Source: a virus
Taxonomy: Duplodnaviria > Heunggongvirae > Uroviricota > Caudoviricetes
DNA: 64,000 bases
IMG/VR virus record: IMGVR_UViG_2974615235_000001
Coordinates: 1,236 to 65,235 of that record
Reading direction: 5' to 3' (one strand)
The position numbers and the translations under genes were made by a program. Every line of letters begins with the position of its first letter. The first letter of the stretch is position 1. The notes beneath the pieces were generated by a model that was given only the letters and a program-made list of their open reading frames with translations, ran no database searches and was not told where the DNA came from. Below, piece by piece: positions 55,996-64,000 of the stretch.

Positions 55996-56041
55996 TAATG
56001 GTCTTGATACAGATCCGTCTAAAATTTGAGGAGGAGTCATA

Positions 56042-56467
56042 ATGAAAACAATTAAGACAACTGCAAGCGTGTCTATGGGCAGGAACAGTAATAATGAGTT
56101 TTACATACATGTAGAGGATGAACACTCTGGCAATAAAATAGTTTCTCTATCAATGGATGAGAAGGATTTTGCATTTCTTATTACAGGATTGCATGGGGTT
56201 AAGACTGACTGCATTTTACACAACGTCACTAATGTAGGTAAGAAAAGGGTAATTGAACGGGTGTCTATGCCTGAACCTGACGCTTTTGATAAGGGAAGCG
56301 TCAAAATGGCTGTGAGGGAACACTTTGAAAGGGAATATGAGGCTGAAGGTTGGAAACTTTGGGATGATGGTACGAGTAGTCAACAAAATTCGAGGGGACT
56401 TCATAACTTTATTGTAGTTAAATACGTACCTGTAGAAGATGATGTAGTGGTAGAAAAGTATTACTAA
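56042..56467 (+). CDS. hypothetical early protein
   Basis: 141 aa; strong RBS GAGGAGG. Confidence 0.4.
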   Translation: MKTIKTTASVSMGRNSNNEFYIHVEDEHSGNKIVSLSMDEKDFAFLITGLHGVKTDCILHNVTNVGKKRVIERVSMPEPDAFDKGSVKMAVREHFEREYEAEGWKLWDDGTSSQQNSRGLHNFIVVKYVPVEDDVVVEKYY

Positions 56468-56498
56468 TTACTAGACTGTGAAGGATAAGGAGAATATA

Positions 56499-56807
56499 AT
56501 GAATGACTTTACCCCAGACAAAAATGATATTACTAAAGTAAATGGTATGGATAGGCACGTAGTATGTGCAGCTAATAAGTTTCCTTGTGGTACAATTATA
56601 TGTGGTGCTAGGCATTGGGATGAAATTATGTGTACAGTGGCAGACAAACTAGGGTTAGACGGTGGCAAAGAGGAACAGGGTTTTATAGACCAATGGCAAA
56701 ACTTTATTACAAGAGAGGATGCCACTAAGATTGTTCTTGCTAATGAACAGTGTTTAAGGGAGACACCTTTAGAAGGTGATATTCTCTTTAGTGAGAATTT
56801 ATATTAA
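56499..56807 (+). CDS. hypothetical early protein (Cys-containing)
   Basis: 102 aa from ATG 56499 with AAGGAG RBS; the track ORF starts at an upstream GTG without RBS. Confidence 0.4.
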   Translation: MNDFTPDKNDITKVNGMDRHVVCAANKFPCGTIICGARHWDEIMCTVADKLGLDGGKEEQGFIDQWQNFITREDATKIVLANEQCLRETPLEGDILFSENLY

Positions 56808-56815
56808 AATACCCC

Positions 56816-56844
56816 TTGACATAACTATTTACTACACATAAACT
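56816..56844 (+). promoter_or_regulatory. sigma70-like promoter TTGACA-N17-TAAACT
   Basis: ttgaca 56816-21; taaact 56839-44; upstream of the 56875 gene. Confidence 0.4.
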
Positions 56845-56874
56845 AAGACGACATTAACAAAGAGGAGAAACATT

Positions 56875-57447
56875 ATGAAAAACGGTAAGTATAGATTGAA
56901 AGATGACAATGGTGTAGAAATCGAAGTAGAGAATTACGTTGCTTCTTTCACAAAGGTAGGGGGTCTCCTATTTTGGCATGTAGGGGAGAAGATTACTGTG
57001 GACCATTTAGATGAAAACTCTTGGGAACGTATCCCTGATGAATCACCTACATTCAAGAAGGGTGATAGGGTAAAAAGAAAAGATGGTACAAACTTTAGTA
57101 ATGGGGGTTATGTAGTCACTGTAGATGATGTTACAGATGAGTCTCGGATATGGCTTAAAGAAACAGCTACAGTTATTGACCACCAATCTTTAGAACTAGT
57201 TCAGATTTCCTCTGAACAACCTACCCCTACCCCACACAAGTATGCTGATGTAATCAAAGCTTGGGCAGATGGGTATGAGGTGCAGAGTTTTAATTGTGGT
57301 AAGTGGAATGACGTAAATTACCCTACATTCAACCCTGATCTAGAATGGCGTATCAAACCAGACAACCCTAACCAAGATAGAATCCTAGAAATAGAAAACA
57401 CTATCACTGAATTACAAAATGAATTAGAAGAGTTGAAACGCTCTTAG
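56875..57447 (+). CDS. hypothetical early protein
   Basis: 190 aa; RBS AGAGGAG. Confidence 0.4.
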   Translation: MKNGKYRLKDDNGVEIEVENYVASFTKVGGLLFWHVGEKITVDHLDENSWERIPDESPTFKKGDRVKRKDGTNFSNGGYVVTVDDVTDESRIWLKETATVIDHQSLELVQISSEQPTPTPHKYADVIKAWADGYEVQSFNCGKWNDVNYPTFNPDLEWRIKPDNPNQDRILEIENTITELQNELEELKRS

Positions 57448-57453
57448 AAGATT

Positions 57454-57502
57454 GCACCCTTGCCTGAGATAATGGTAAGGGTGTTTTTTTTTTTTTTTTT
57501 TT
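57454..57502 (+). terminator. rho-independent terminator with T19 tract
   Basis: gcacccttgcc / ggtaagggtg stem (one G.U position) followed by 19 consecutive T (57484-57502). Confidence 0.65.
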
Positions 57503-57510
57503 AATAGTAG

Positions 57511-57539
57511 TTGACATCATTAGAATGACAGTCTAGTAT
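57511..57539 (+). promoter_or_regulatory. sigma70-like promoter TTGACA-N17-TAGTAT
   Basis: ttgaca 57511-16; tagtat 57534-39; directly after the terminator, upstream of the 57572 gene. Confidence 0.5.
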
Positions 57540-57571
57540 TACAACCATCAAACAAAGAGAAGGGATAAATT

Positions 57572-58075
57572 ATGAGTTATACTGACAAGTGTTGTGGTGT
57601 TTGTAACGAATACCAAGATATATATGAAACAGGTAAGTTAGAAGTCTCAAAAACATTAGGATGGGTGTCTCCCGAGTATAAGAGGTTCTACGACACAAAA
57701 ACCAATGTTTGTGTGAAATGCATCAAAGATAAGGCACTAGATGGTGTAAATGTAAAAGATTTAAGGTTACATGTCTGGTACAATGAGCCTGAGAATATTA
57801 CTAAAGGTAGCACAATGTTTGTTAATCCTGATACAGGGAAATGGTGGTCTTGCCCTAATAATAGATTACTTAAAGACGAACAAAATTTATGCGATAAAAA
57901 ACTCAAGTACAGTAAAGCTAACCCCTACCTCTATTTTATTACAGGGGTTAATTTAATCAAACATGAAAGACTTTTCGGCAAACATAGCGGTATAAATTCT
58001 TCTGATAAAAGAAGATTAAGAAGAACTTTAAGGAAATTAGGGGTAAAAGGAAGGCTTAAAATGCTTATTGAGTGA
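57572..58075 (+). CDS. hypothetical early protein with N-terminal Cys4 zinc-ribbon and basic C-terminus
   Basis: 167 aa; CCGVCNEY...CVKCIKDK; C-terminal KRRLRRTLRKLGVKGR. Confidence 0.4.
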   Translation: MSYTDKCCGVCNEYQDIYETGKLEVSKTLGWVSPEYKRFYDTKTNVCVKCIKDKALDGVNVKDLRLHVWYNEPENITKGSTMFVNPDTGKWWSCPNNRLLKDEQNLCDKKLKYSKANPYLYFITGVNLIKHERLFGKHSGINSSDKRRLRRTLRKLGVKGRLKMLIE

Positions 58076-58085
58076 GGGATAAATT

Positions 58086-58295
58086 ATGGAACACTTAGAA
58101 TGTGTTATCGAGTTTACCAATAGTGAGAGAGAATGGATTGACCCTGTATTGTATGAGGACATACGTACAGAGAGTGGAGTTCTTATCGTGGAAAGTATGG
58201 TAGGGTACGTATATGAATACCCCTTAAAAGACATTGACAAGTGGTGCATACGTCCTTATAGTGAGGAAACTACTTACGACCCTATAGAGGATTAA
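58086..58295 (+). CDS. hypothetical protein
   Basis: 69 aa, RBS. Confidence 0.35.
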   Translation: MEHLECVIEFTNSEREWIDPVLYEDIRTESGVLIVESMVGYVYEYPLKDIDKWCIRPYSEETTYDPIED

Positions 58296-58298
58296 ATT

Positions 58299-58610
58299 AT
58301 GAAACGTGAGGAATTAGTAAGTGTATTGAAGGCAGCAAAAGTAGAGATCCTTAACGAGAAGGAATTTGGTGAACTTGATGATAACCTAAACCTTATCAGA
58401 GACCTATACTTTAAAGTGGGAGATATAGAGTACTACATTAATTGGTTTCACAATCTTATGAAGCTTTACACCGTAGGTACAACAGGGTTCACCGTATTCA
58501 CTAGAATAGAACATTCTGGTACATGGCCTAACAATTTTAAGCGTAACCTTCAGATGTATTACAATAAGGATTGTGTTTGTGTGATAGGACTAGAGAGGTA
58601 TCCAGTATGA
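58299..58610 (+). CDS. hypothetical protein
   Basis: 103 aa, RBS AGAGGA. Confidence 0.35.
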   Translation: MKREELVSVLKAAKVEILNEKEFGELDDNLNLIRDLYFKVGDIEYYINWFHNLMKLYTVGTTGFTVFTRIEHSGTWPNNFKRNLQMYYNKDCVCVIGLERYPV

Positions 58611-58915
58611 GCGAACAACTAGATTTATTTTCTTCTTATGAATGTGATCCTAGAGGTGCTACTGGTATTAAAATCTGGAGTAGGAATAGTGAGGAAGAAC
58701 TCCCCGATTTGTACTGTGGTATTACAGGAATTAAAGGACAGTATGTAGGGTTCTATGTCATTAATGGGGATTGGGATGGTAGATTAGACCTAGCTAATAA
58801 AACTATGACAATTTTTCATCCTTGGTACGAGGATACTGTGCAGTCTTACCACAAATATGAATTTATTTACGATAAAATTGAAGAAGTTCTTGACATAGAT
58901 GAAATCCCTTACTAA
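58607..58915 (+). CDS. hypothetical protein (start at ATG 58607, ATGA overlap with upstream stop)
   Basis: 102 aa from the RBS-supported internal ATG of track ORF 58571..58915. Confidence 0.35.
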   Translation: MSEQLDLFSSYECDPRGATGIKIWSRNSEEELPDLYCGITGIKGQYVGFYVINGDWDGRLDLANKTMTIFHPWYEDTVQSYHKYEFIYDKIEEVLDIDEIPY

Positions 58916-58918
58916 AAT
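58890..58918 (+). promoter_or_regulatory. sigma70-like promoter TTGACA-N17-TAAAAT
   Basis: ttgaca 58890-95; taaaat 58913-18; within the 3' end of the preceding ORF, upstream of the 58983 gene. Confidence 0.45.
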
Positions 58919-58982
58919 ACACATATTCAATAAGAAATCACATTGAACAATGTTACAATTATTAATCACAGGAGAAACAATT

Positions 58983-59600
58983 ATGAAAATTAACACACTA
59001 GATTACGTACGCACTGAAGCTTTCACTGTTGATGAGTTGAAAGAGCTGGAGAGTTTAGTTCTCTCTCAAGGGTATAACTTAACAGATGAAGTGAACAGTA
59101 ATTATGTAGAGAACTGGCTTGAATATGGAGTGGACGACGACGGTTTTGCTATTTTCTGGGGCAGAAAATTTTCTCAAGTGTGGGAAGGCAATGACATCAC
59201 AGACCAATTCCGTAACTACTTAGACAATGACAAAGGTGTAGTTGCAGAAGAGGAATCTTCTAAGAATAAGCCCTTCACAAAGGACAATTTGAAAGATGGG
59301 ATGGTTGTTAATTTTAGGGATACAGATTTCAAGGAAGGGGTAGTTTTTAGGGAACGTATCTTTGCCACTGATAAATCTCCCTACTCTAGAATCTCTTCTG
59401 GAGGAATAACTCAATTAGAGGAGTTACTTGATAACTTAAAACATGATAGTTACCCTGAGTACGACATTATGAAAGTATCCTACATGGATGAAGTTCTGTG
59501 GGAACGTGTAGAAGAAACTCCTGAACAAAAACGTATCAAAGAACTAGAGAAGATTATCTCTGACGCTCAGAAAGAGTTAGAAAGTCTTAGTGAAGAGTAA
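58983..59600 (+). CDS. hypothetical early protein
   Basis: 205 aa from ATG 58983 with AGGAG RBS (track start 58950 lies in the predicted 5' UTR). Confidence 0.4.
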   Translation: MKINTLDYVRTEAFTVDELKELESLVLSQGYNLTDEVNSNYVENWLEYGVDDDGFAIFWGRKFSQVWEGNDITDQFRNYLDNDKGVVAEEESSKNKPFTKDNLKDGMVVNFRDTDFKEGVVFRERIFATDKSPYSRISSGGITQLEELLDNLKHDSYPEYDIMKVSYMDEVLWERVEETPEQKRIKELEKIISDAQKELESLSEE

Positions 59601-59925
59601 TTTCTGGAGAGGATACAGAAAAGGGTGGTACAAAGGGTTTGTACTAGGAACACTCTATACAACTATTCTTTACACAATAGTTGTTATCTACTGGACAAAC
59701 TTACAAGGATTGTTCTTCTAAAATTAGAATGCCTATTATAGCCTCTCAGACACGTTCTGAGGGGTTTTCTTGTATATGCTAGTATGATTGTATACCTTAA
59801 AATTAAATCCTCTTAAAATGGCTTACAGGAGCTTACACTGAATATAGATAAGTATACACAAATGACACTAAAATAGATAAAAAGCGTAGACATAAGAATA
59901 ATTTCAAAATAATTGAAAATAATGT

Positions 59926-59953
59926 TTGACAGGGAGTTATTCTTTTGTAATAC
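59926..59953 (+). promoter_or_regulatory. sigma70-like promoter TTGACA-N16-TGTAATAC
   Basis: ttgaca 59926-31; taatac 59948-53 preceded by TG. Confidence 0.35.
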
Positions 59954-59984
59954 TTATCCCATCGAAACAGAGGAGACATAGATT

Positions 59985-60146
59985 ATGACTTTTTTATTAA
60001 TTTCAATTCCAACAGTTTTTGTACTATTCTTTGTGGTATCTTACAAAATAGTAAGCGACTACGAGAAAGAGAAATCTGTAGACGAGGAAATTATTAGAAA
60101 GTTAAGAGAAGAAACGTCACAACTACTCACGATAGAGGAAAAATAA
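59985..60146 (+). CDS. small membrane protein (53 aa; below track cutoff)
   Basis: ATG 59985 with AGGAG RBS at 59970-74; hydrophobic N-terminus FLLISIPTVFVLFFVV; first of three tightly coupled mini-genes. Confidence 0.35.
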   Translation: MTFLLISIPTVFVLFFVVSYKIVSDYEKEKSVDEEIIRKLREETSQLLTIEEK

Positions 60147-60147
60147 C

Positions 60148-60324
60148 ATGACAATTGCACAACAGATAATTTTGAATAGCAACTATGTAGCACAGGTTAA
60201 GTTTAAGGCAGGTATTCTTTGTAAGTCGTGTGACCTTAGTAACCTAAAATCTTGGTATTATTTTGAGGATGAAAGCTTTATTGAGGTAGAAAATGGAGAA
60301 GTAACGATAGGAGATAGTGAATAA
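60148..60324 (+). CDS. small protein (58 aa; below track cutoff)
   Basis: ATG 1 nt after the upstream stop; contains CKSC pair. Confidence 0.3.
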   Translation: MTIAQQIILNSNYVAQVKFKAGILCKSCDLSNLKSWYYFEDESFIEVENGEVTIGDSE

Positions 60325-60500
60325 TGAATATTGCAGAGACAATTGTAAAGAAAGCTAACGGAGATACAAATTCTGTCATGGAGTTGTCTAATAAACATGC
60401 TGTTGACAGAGAACAAGACTTTGCACAAGAGAAAACTTATTATTTCTTTGTTGACAATAGCGGAATCATTGTCCATAATGATCTTGTTGAAACATTTTAG
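60324..60500 (+). CDS. small protein (58 aa; below track cutoff)
   Basis: TAATG overlap with the upstream stop; ends TAG 60498-500 just before the RBS of the next gene. Confidence 0.3.
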   Translation: MNIAETIVKKANGDTNSVMELSNKHAVDREQDFAQEKTYYFFVDNSGIIVHNDLVETF

Positions 60501-60509
60501 GAGAAGATT

Positions 60510-60788
60510 ATGATTGATATTAGATCTATGACGAATGAAGAATTTAAACAGTTTACTAAGGGCAAGTTTTTTAGTGCTAAATTTATTAAGAAGGACGGGT
60601 CTCTAAGAGAATATAAAGGTGCTAGGGTAGAGGTTACTAAAGATAGTAAGTTCACAGTGCACAATAATGTAGAGCATAAGAAGAACCTTGTCAGTGTATA
60701 CGTCCCTAATGAGAAACGTCCTAGGGCGACTCTTAATTTAGAGACTGTTAAGGAACTGACTTTCCAAGGGAAAACTTATAAGTATTAA
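60510..60788 (+). CDS. hypothetical protein
   Basis: 92 aa; RBS AGGAGAAG. Confidence 0.4.
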   Translation: MIDIRSMTNEEFKQFTKGKFFSAKFIKKDGSLREYKGARVEVTKDSKFTVHNNVEHKKNLVSVYVPNEKRPRATLNLETVKELTFQGKTYKY

Positions 60789-60798
60789 GTATTAAGTG

Positions 60799-60828
60799 TT
60801 GACACAAGGATGTGTGTTAAGGTAGTAT
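60799..60828 (+). promoter_or_regulatory. sigma70-like promoter TTGACA-N18-TAGTAT
   Basis: ttgaca 60799-804; tagtat 60823-28; upstream of the 60856 gene. Confidence 0.35.
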
Positions 60829-60855
60829 TTGTTTTAGATTGTTAATGAGGAGATA

Positions 60856-61485
60856 GTGATGAGTGATTTAGAAAAGTTGTTTGAACATGCGCCAGAGGGT
60901 GCGGTTGAGTTAAGGGAAACTCTTAATGGTGGTTATTTAAGGTGGTTTAACAAAAATAACGATGCATGGGGAGGTAACGAATGGACCACACCTGACTGTG
61001 GAGAATATAAAACCCTAGCCACACGACCACAGCCACAGCGTAAAACGGTGGAGGATGCGGTTGATGAGCACAAGGGTAAGTGGCCTTTTAGTCTCGGAGT
61101 TATACGCATGGGTTACTCATCAAAACTCGAACATTACTTTGCTTTTGGACATGGCTATGATTTTTGTGAAGGGGAATACCTAGTCTGCACCCGCGAAGAA
61201 TTCGAAGCCTGTGTTGCTGCTAAGAGCGAGCCTGAGTGGACGCATATTTACAACGGGGAAGAGTGCTACATAGCTACAACATATAACGATTGTGCATGGG
61301 TTGTGCGAAGGATGACTGACGACAAGATTGTACTATTGGAAGACCTAAAACCCATCAAGCCTACAATCACAGAAAAAGAACGTGAAACAGTAGCTAAGTT
61401 TGTAGCGCGTATATACACAAAAGAAAGTTACGACTTGCGTAAAGAGTTTGACGACTTTGTTAATGAGCATGAGGTAGGAGAATGA
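60856..61485 (+). CDS. hypothetical protein
   Basis: 209 aa; RBS GAGGAG. Confidence 0.4.
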   Translation: MMSDLEKLFEHAPEGAVELRETLNGGYLRWFNKNNDAWGGNEWTTPDCGEYKTLATRPQPQRKTVEDAVDEHKGKWPFSLGVIRMGYSSKLEHYFAFGHGYDFCEGEYLVCTREEFEACVAAKSEPEWTHIYNGEECYIATTYNDCAWVVRRMTDDKIVLLEDLKPIKPTITEKERETVAKFVARIYTKESYDLRKEFDDFVNEHEVGE

Positions 61486-61685
61486 GTCTGGTAAGAGAAA
61501 ACTTATTATCAAGGTTAAATTACACGCCTTATTGCGGTGGAGAGTGTTGCAGGGCAATGCCTCGCACCTCTTTTAATGGTAGCCAGTTCCAATGCTCTAG
61601 TTGTGGTTGGGTTTCAAGGTTCGAGCATGAATTTATTGAGACGTACATTTCTAGGCAAGAACAACTACGCAAGGAGCAAGAGTGA
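61482..61685 (+). CDS. zinc-ribbon protein
   Basis: 67 aa; CGGECC...CSSCGW; ATGA overlap. Confidence 0.35.
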   Translation: MSLVRENLLSRLNYTPYCGGECCRAMPRTSFNGSQFQCSSCGWVSRFEHEFIETYISRQEQLRKEQE

Positions 61686-61879
61686 TGAGAGTCACACAAG
61701 TTTTAGAAGGGCAGTATATCCTCATAACAGAGGAAACTAACACACTCTTCACTAAGTACAGATACGATGTTCCACAGGATGTAGTTACTCTTTTCAGAGG
61801 GGATACTTACTTACATTCATTAAGAAATCCAGAGAAGTTTTTCGAGGCATGGCGAGCTTTTCAAATGGAACAAGACTAG
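61682..61879 (+). CDS. hypothetical protein
   Basis: 65 aa; ATGA overlap. Confidence 0.3.
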   Translation: MMRVTQVLEGQYILITEETNTLFTKYRYDVPQDVVTLFRGDTYLHSLRNPEKFFEAWRAFQMEQD

Positions 61880-61899
61880 AGGAAGAAACCTTTAGAAAT

Positions 61900-62009
61900 A
61901 TAACACCCTCAGAGCTATTCTAAGAGGGTTTAATTTTAACTAAGGTGATTGTATAGGGAGAGGGTAGAAGTCCTCTCAGAGAGCCATACAGAGACAATTA
62001 GGAGGGAAA
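61900..62009 (+). repeat. intergenic repeat element, copy D (inverted-repeat arm plus about 85 nt upstream element with TAAGGTGATTGTATAGGGAGAGG core)
   Basis: ccctcagagctattctaagaggg hairpin, then ggtttaattttaacTAAGGTGATTGTATAGGGAGAGGgtagaagtcctctcagagagccatacagagacaattaggagggaaaATG. Confidence 0.6.
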
Positions 62010-62270
62010 ATGAAACGATTAATACTAACACTAGGGCTGGCGCTATTTCTCACTGGGTGTGTGGAGGAAAAAGTGGTTTATTTGAATGAGAAAGGTGAAG
62101 AGTTAGCGCCACCTGCTAGAGCTATGCCTGATTGGAGCAATAACGTAAAGGAAATTTGTGTTAAAGGGGTTGTGTATTATCACACTACATACGGGGCTAG
62201 TGCAACGATGTCTCCTAAGATTATACCTAGTAACAACCAGTTCAATAAACCTTTTATAGAAAAATGCTAG
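62010..62270 (+). CDS. small lipoprotein
   Basis: 86 aa; signal peptide plus lipobox FLTG|C; RBS AGGAGGG; preceded by conserved upstream element. Confidence 0.5.
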   Translation: MKRLILTLGLALFLTGCVEEKVVYLNEKGEELAPPARAMPDWSNNVKEICVKGVVYYHTTYGASATMSPKIIPSNNQFNKPFIEKC

Positions 62271-62696
62271 AGACAGTTCCAGTTAAAAATTTGACCCGTT
62301 TGAGAGTCCCATTGGCTTAGTTGCTAGTGGGATTTTTCTTTTTAGGGATCGACACAAAAACCACTGAAGTCTAGAGTAAAAGCTGGCTAGGTTTTTGACC
62401 CAAAGGGGATTTTCTCTAGCCTAGAGGCAATCGTGATTAGGCTAGACACTTTTTTCATTAGAAAGCTAAGGAATTTTCATAAGGATAAGCATATATTAGA
62501 GAAACCTTTTATAATGGACAGCTTACATTCATGGGATTTATAGAGGGGATTTATTATATAAATGGCAAGTTGGCATGAAAATTAATAAAGCAAATAGTGT
62601 GCCAATTTATTTTCTATCGGGCAGGGTTGGTGTTTGTTTCGTACCGCATCAGCACCTATGGCGTTTTATTTATCAATTTGTAAAGCTAGTATAAAG

Positions 62697-62727
62697 AAAG
62701 CCCTCACATAATGCAAGGGCTTTTTGA
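62697..62727. terminator. hairpin terminator (aaagccct ... agggcttt plus T-run), likely bidirectional
   Basis: 8-bp GC-rich stem followed by ttttt on the plus strand; located between convergent genes. Confidence 0.5.
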
Positions 62728-62729
62728 AA

Positions 62730-62924
62730 TTATTTTACACCTAATTTTACTCTTCTAATGTTAAACCATTTTAAAGCCTTTTCTAAATCATTAAAAAAGT
62801 CTATTTCAATCATCTCACCCTCTTTACACAACTCTACAAAATAAGGCTTATTTTCTGAGCCGTCATTGCCTAATTTATAACTATGAGCTGTTAAACTTTG
62901 TTCAGTTTCTAATAGTGTTATCAT
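62730..62924 (-). CDS. hypothetical protein
   Basis: 64 aa, isolated minus-strand ORF flanked by terminator-like hairpins in an AT-rich segment. Confidence 0.3.
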   Translation of the reverse strand: MITLLETEQSLTAHSYKLGNDGSENKPYFVELCKEGEMIEIDFFNDLEKALKWFNIRRVKLGVK

Positions 62925-63104
62925 TTGTTCACCTTTTCATTAACTGGATTTATTGCCTCGAACAATTGAAAGACTACACTATCATATAAGAATGTAAAGA
63001 ACAAAATGTAATAAGCATAGAAGTTTTTAGAATAGTGAAAGTTTTACATTTATATTCATTTGTGTTTTAATCAAAAAATAATTTAAGAGTAACGGATAAC
63101 TACA

Positions 63105-63338
63105 ATGTATTTACTAGAAAAGAAAATTTTTGTTAATTCGGATAAAGGTAAAGCTCAAATTGTTGACGTGTTTTTAAATAACACATTATACGATCAAACA
63201 TCAGGTAAAACAGCGTGTGAGGTACACTACACTGCAATAAAAGAGGTTGGAGTCCTAAATAAAAGTTTTGATAAAATAGAGTTTTTTACTTATGTGGGTT
63301 ATTGGGAGATAAATTTCATAAAAAATTGTTTGACATAG
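63105..63338 (+). CDS. hypothetical protein
   Basis: 77 aa in AT-rich segment. Confidence 0.3.
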   Translation: MYLLEKKIFVNSDKGKAQIVDVFLNNTLYDQTSGKTACEVHYTAIKEVGVLNKSFDKIEFFTYVGYWEINFIKNCLT

Positions 63339-63401
63339 TGAGAATGCTTGTGTAGATTGCATGGCTTACAATGATGCATTAATAAATAAAGGTTTAAGAT
63401 T

Positions 63402-63785
63402 ATGGAATTAAAAGGTTTTGATAACAAAATATTAGTAGCTAAAAAAGAATGTGGTTTTTCACTTTACATGGTGCAATGGGGTAAATTGTGGCGTTATGCT
63501 TTGAATACGGCAGATGACGTGTCGAATTTTCACACGGTAGGGGACATTTACGACAACAAAACACACTATATAACTAACGCTTATGATTACGCATTAAGAC
63601 AAGGTTTTTCAGATAAAGAGGTATTGGAAAAATACCCGCGTAAAATCAGTCTAATGCTAGATAGCAATGAAGCAGTAGCTTTAAATACTGCCAAGTTTTT
63701 AATATCTAATAGTTCGAGTGACCACGCGGACCAATGTTTGTTGTATTTAAATAAGATTATAGATAGAATAAACATTGACAACTAA
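63402..63785 (+). CDS. hypothetical protein
   Basis: 127 aa; TTGCAT-N17-TAATAA promoter-like sequence at 63357-63385 upstream. Confidence 0.35.
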   Translation: MELKGFDNKILVAKKECGFSLYMVQWGKLWRYALNTADDVSNFHTVGDIYDNKTHYITNAYDYALRQGFSDKEVLEKYPRKISLMLDSNEAVALNTAKFLISNSSSDHADQCLLYLNKIIDRINIDN

Positions 63786-63834
63786 AAACACATAGTTTAT
63801 GGTTAACACTCAATCAATAAATAAGGTTTTAAAA

Positions 63835-64000
63835 ATGAATAAACTTATAGATTTTACCTCAATTCGTCAAAACTTCGATTCTACTTTACTTGCACAAATG
63901 ATAGAAGGCTTTACAGTTGCTTTAATCTGGCAAGATGAAGAGCTTGATCAATATTCTGATAAAAAAGTTAGTTATCATGCGAAGGAAAAGATTGAAAATG
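63835..64000 (+). CDS. hypothetical protein, 5' fragment (continues beyond window)
   Basis: ATG 63835, open to the window end. Confidence 0.3.
   Translation, partial: MNKLIDFTSIRQNFDSTLLAQMIEGFTVALIWQDEELDQYSDKKVSYHAKEKIEN

Noticed and set aside
55590-56041. tRNA gene in the long intergenic region (ctaagg-atgaaa-ccttag hairpin)
   Set aside because: Hairpin has a 6-bp stem and 6-nt loop with no acceptor or T-arm complements; no cloverleaf could be assembled by eye.
55856-56125. 89-aa minus-strand ORF in the non-coding region after the HTH gene
   Set aside because: No RBS, odd composition, overlaps repeat motifs and the 5' end of the 56042 gene; more likely non-coding regulatory DNA.
37976-62009. 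Interpreting TATAGGGAGA in the conserved upstream elements as bona fide T7-class promoters
   Set aside because: Only two copies carry it, no single-subunit RNA polymerase gene is present in the window and the upstream -17 to -5 region does not match any known phage RNAP consensus. Kept only as a hypothesis in the findings.
27001-62009. Repeat family as a CRISPR array or tandem repeat
   Set aside because: Copies are dispersed over 35 kb, not regularly spaced, and have variable sequence and orientation; there are no spacer-like unique units or cas genes.

Overview
This window reads as a contiguous stretch of a tailed dsDNA phage genome from a Gram-negative host (about 40% GC). The host call rests on the Rz/Rz1-type overlapping spanin pair and several lipobox lipoproteins. 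Three blocks are visible.

(1) 1-27000, + strand: a late structural and lysis module.
- Head genes: terminase large subunit 3' end, portal, XkdF-like prohead protease, scaffold, major capsid.
- Tail genes: neck proteins, contractile-tail sheath and tube, a G/GT-type tail chaperone with a T7-run -1 frameshift, and the tape measure.
- Baseplate genes: a P2/Mu-like set (gp25/W-like, J-like).
- Fibers: a short fiber with HxH motifs, a 1430-aa highly repetitive long tail fiber, and an HExxH lipoprotein directly after it.
- Lysis cassette: hydrolase candidate, membrane protein, a stand-alone CheY-like receiver domain, overlapping i- and o-spanins, and a holin.

(2) 27113-54970, - strand: a nucleotide-metabolism and replication module.
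- Nicotinamide phosphoribosyltransferase-like and PRPP-synthetase-like genes, split by an HNH homing endonuclease. This pair may be an NAD+ reconstitution or anti-defence unit.
- An SPFH/band-7 lipoprotein.
- Class I ribonucleotide reductase alpha and beta (nrdA, nrdB), ThyX, and a glutaredoxin-like protein.
- A HAD deoxyribonucleotidase, an SbcD/Mre11-like phosphoesterase, and a FEN-like exonuclease.
- An SSB-like protein, a family A DNA polymerase, and a T7 gp4-like primase-helicase.
- Three more HNH endonucleases.
- A run of small early or middle genes.

(3) 54971-64000: a divergent host-type promoter hub followed by a + strand early region.
- An XRE-type HTH regulator and a 450-bp repeat-rich non-coding region.
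- Many small ORFs, each preceded by a TTGACA-N16-18-TAnnnT promoter.
- A hairpin-T19 terminator.

A family of conserved 40-90-bp intergenic elements recurs at five module boundaries. Two copies carry an identical 23-bp core (TAAGGTGATTGTATAGGGAGAGG) immediately upstream of start codons. No rRNA, tRNA or CRISPR array was found. All calls come from reading the sequence and from family-level motif knowledge; no database search was possible.
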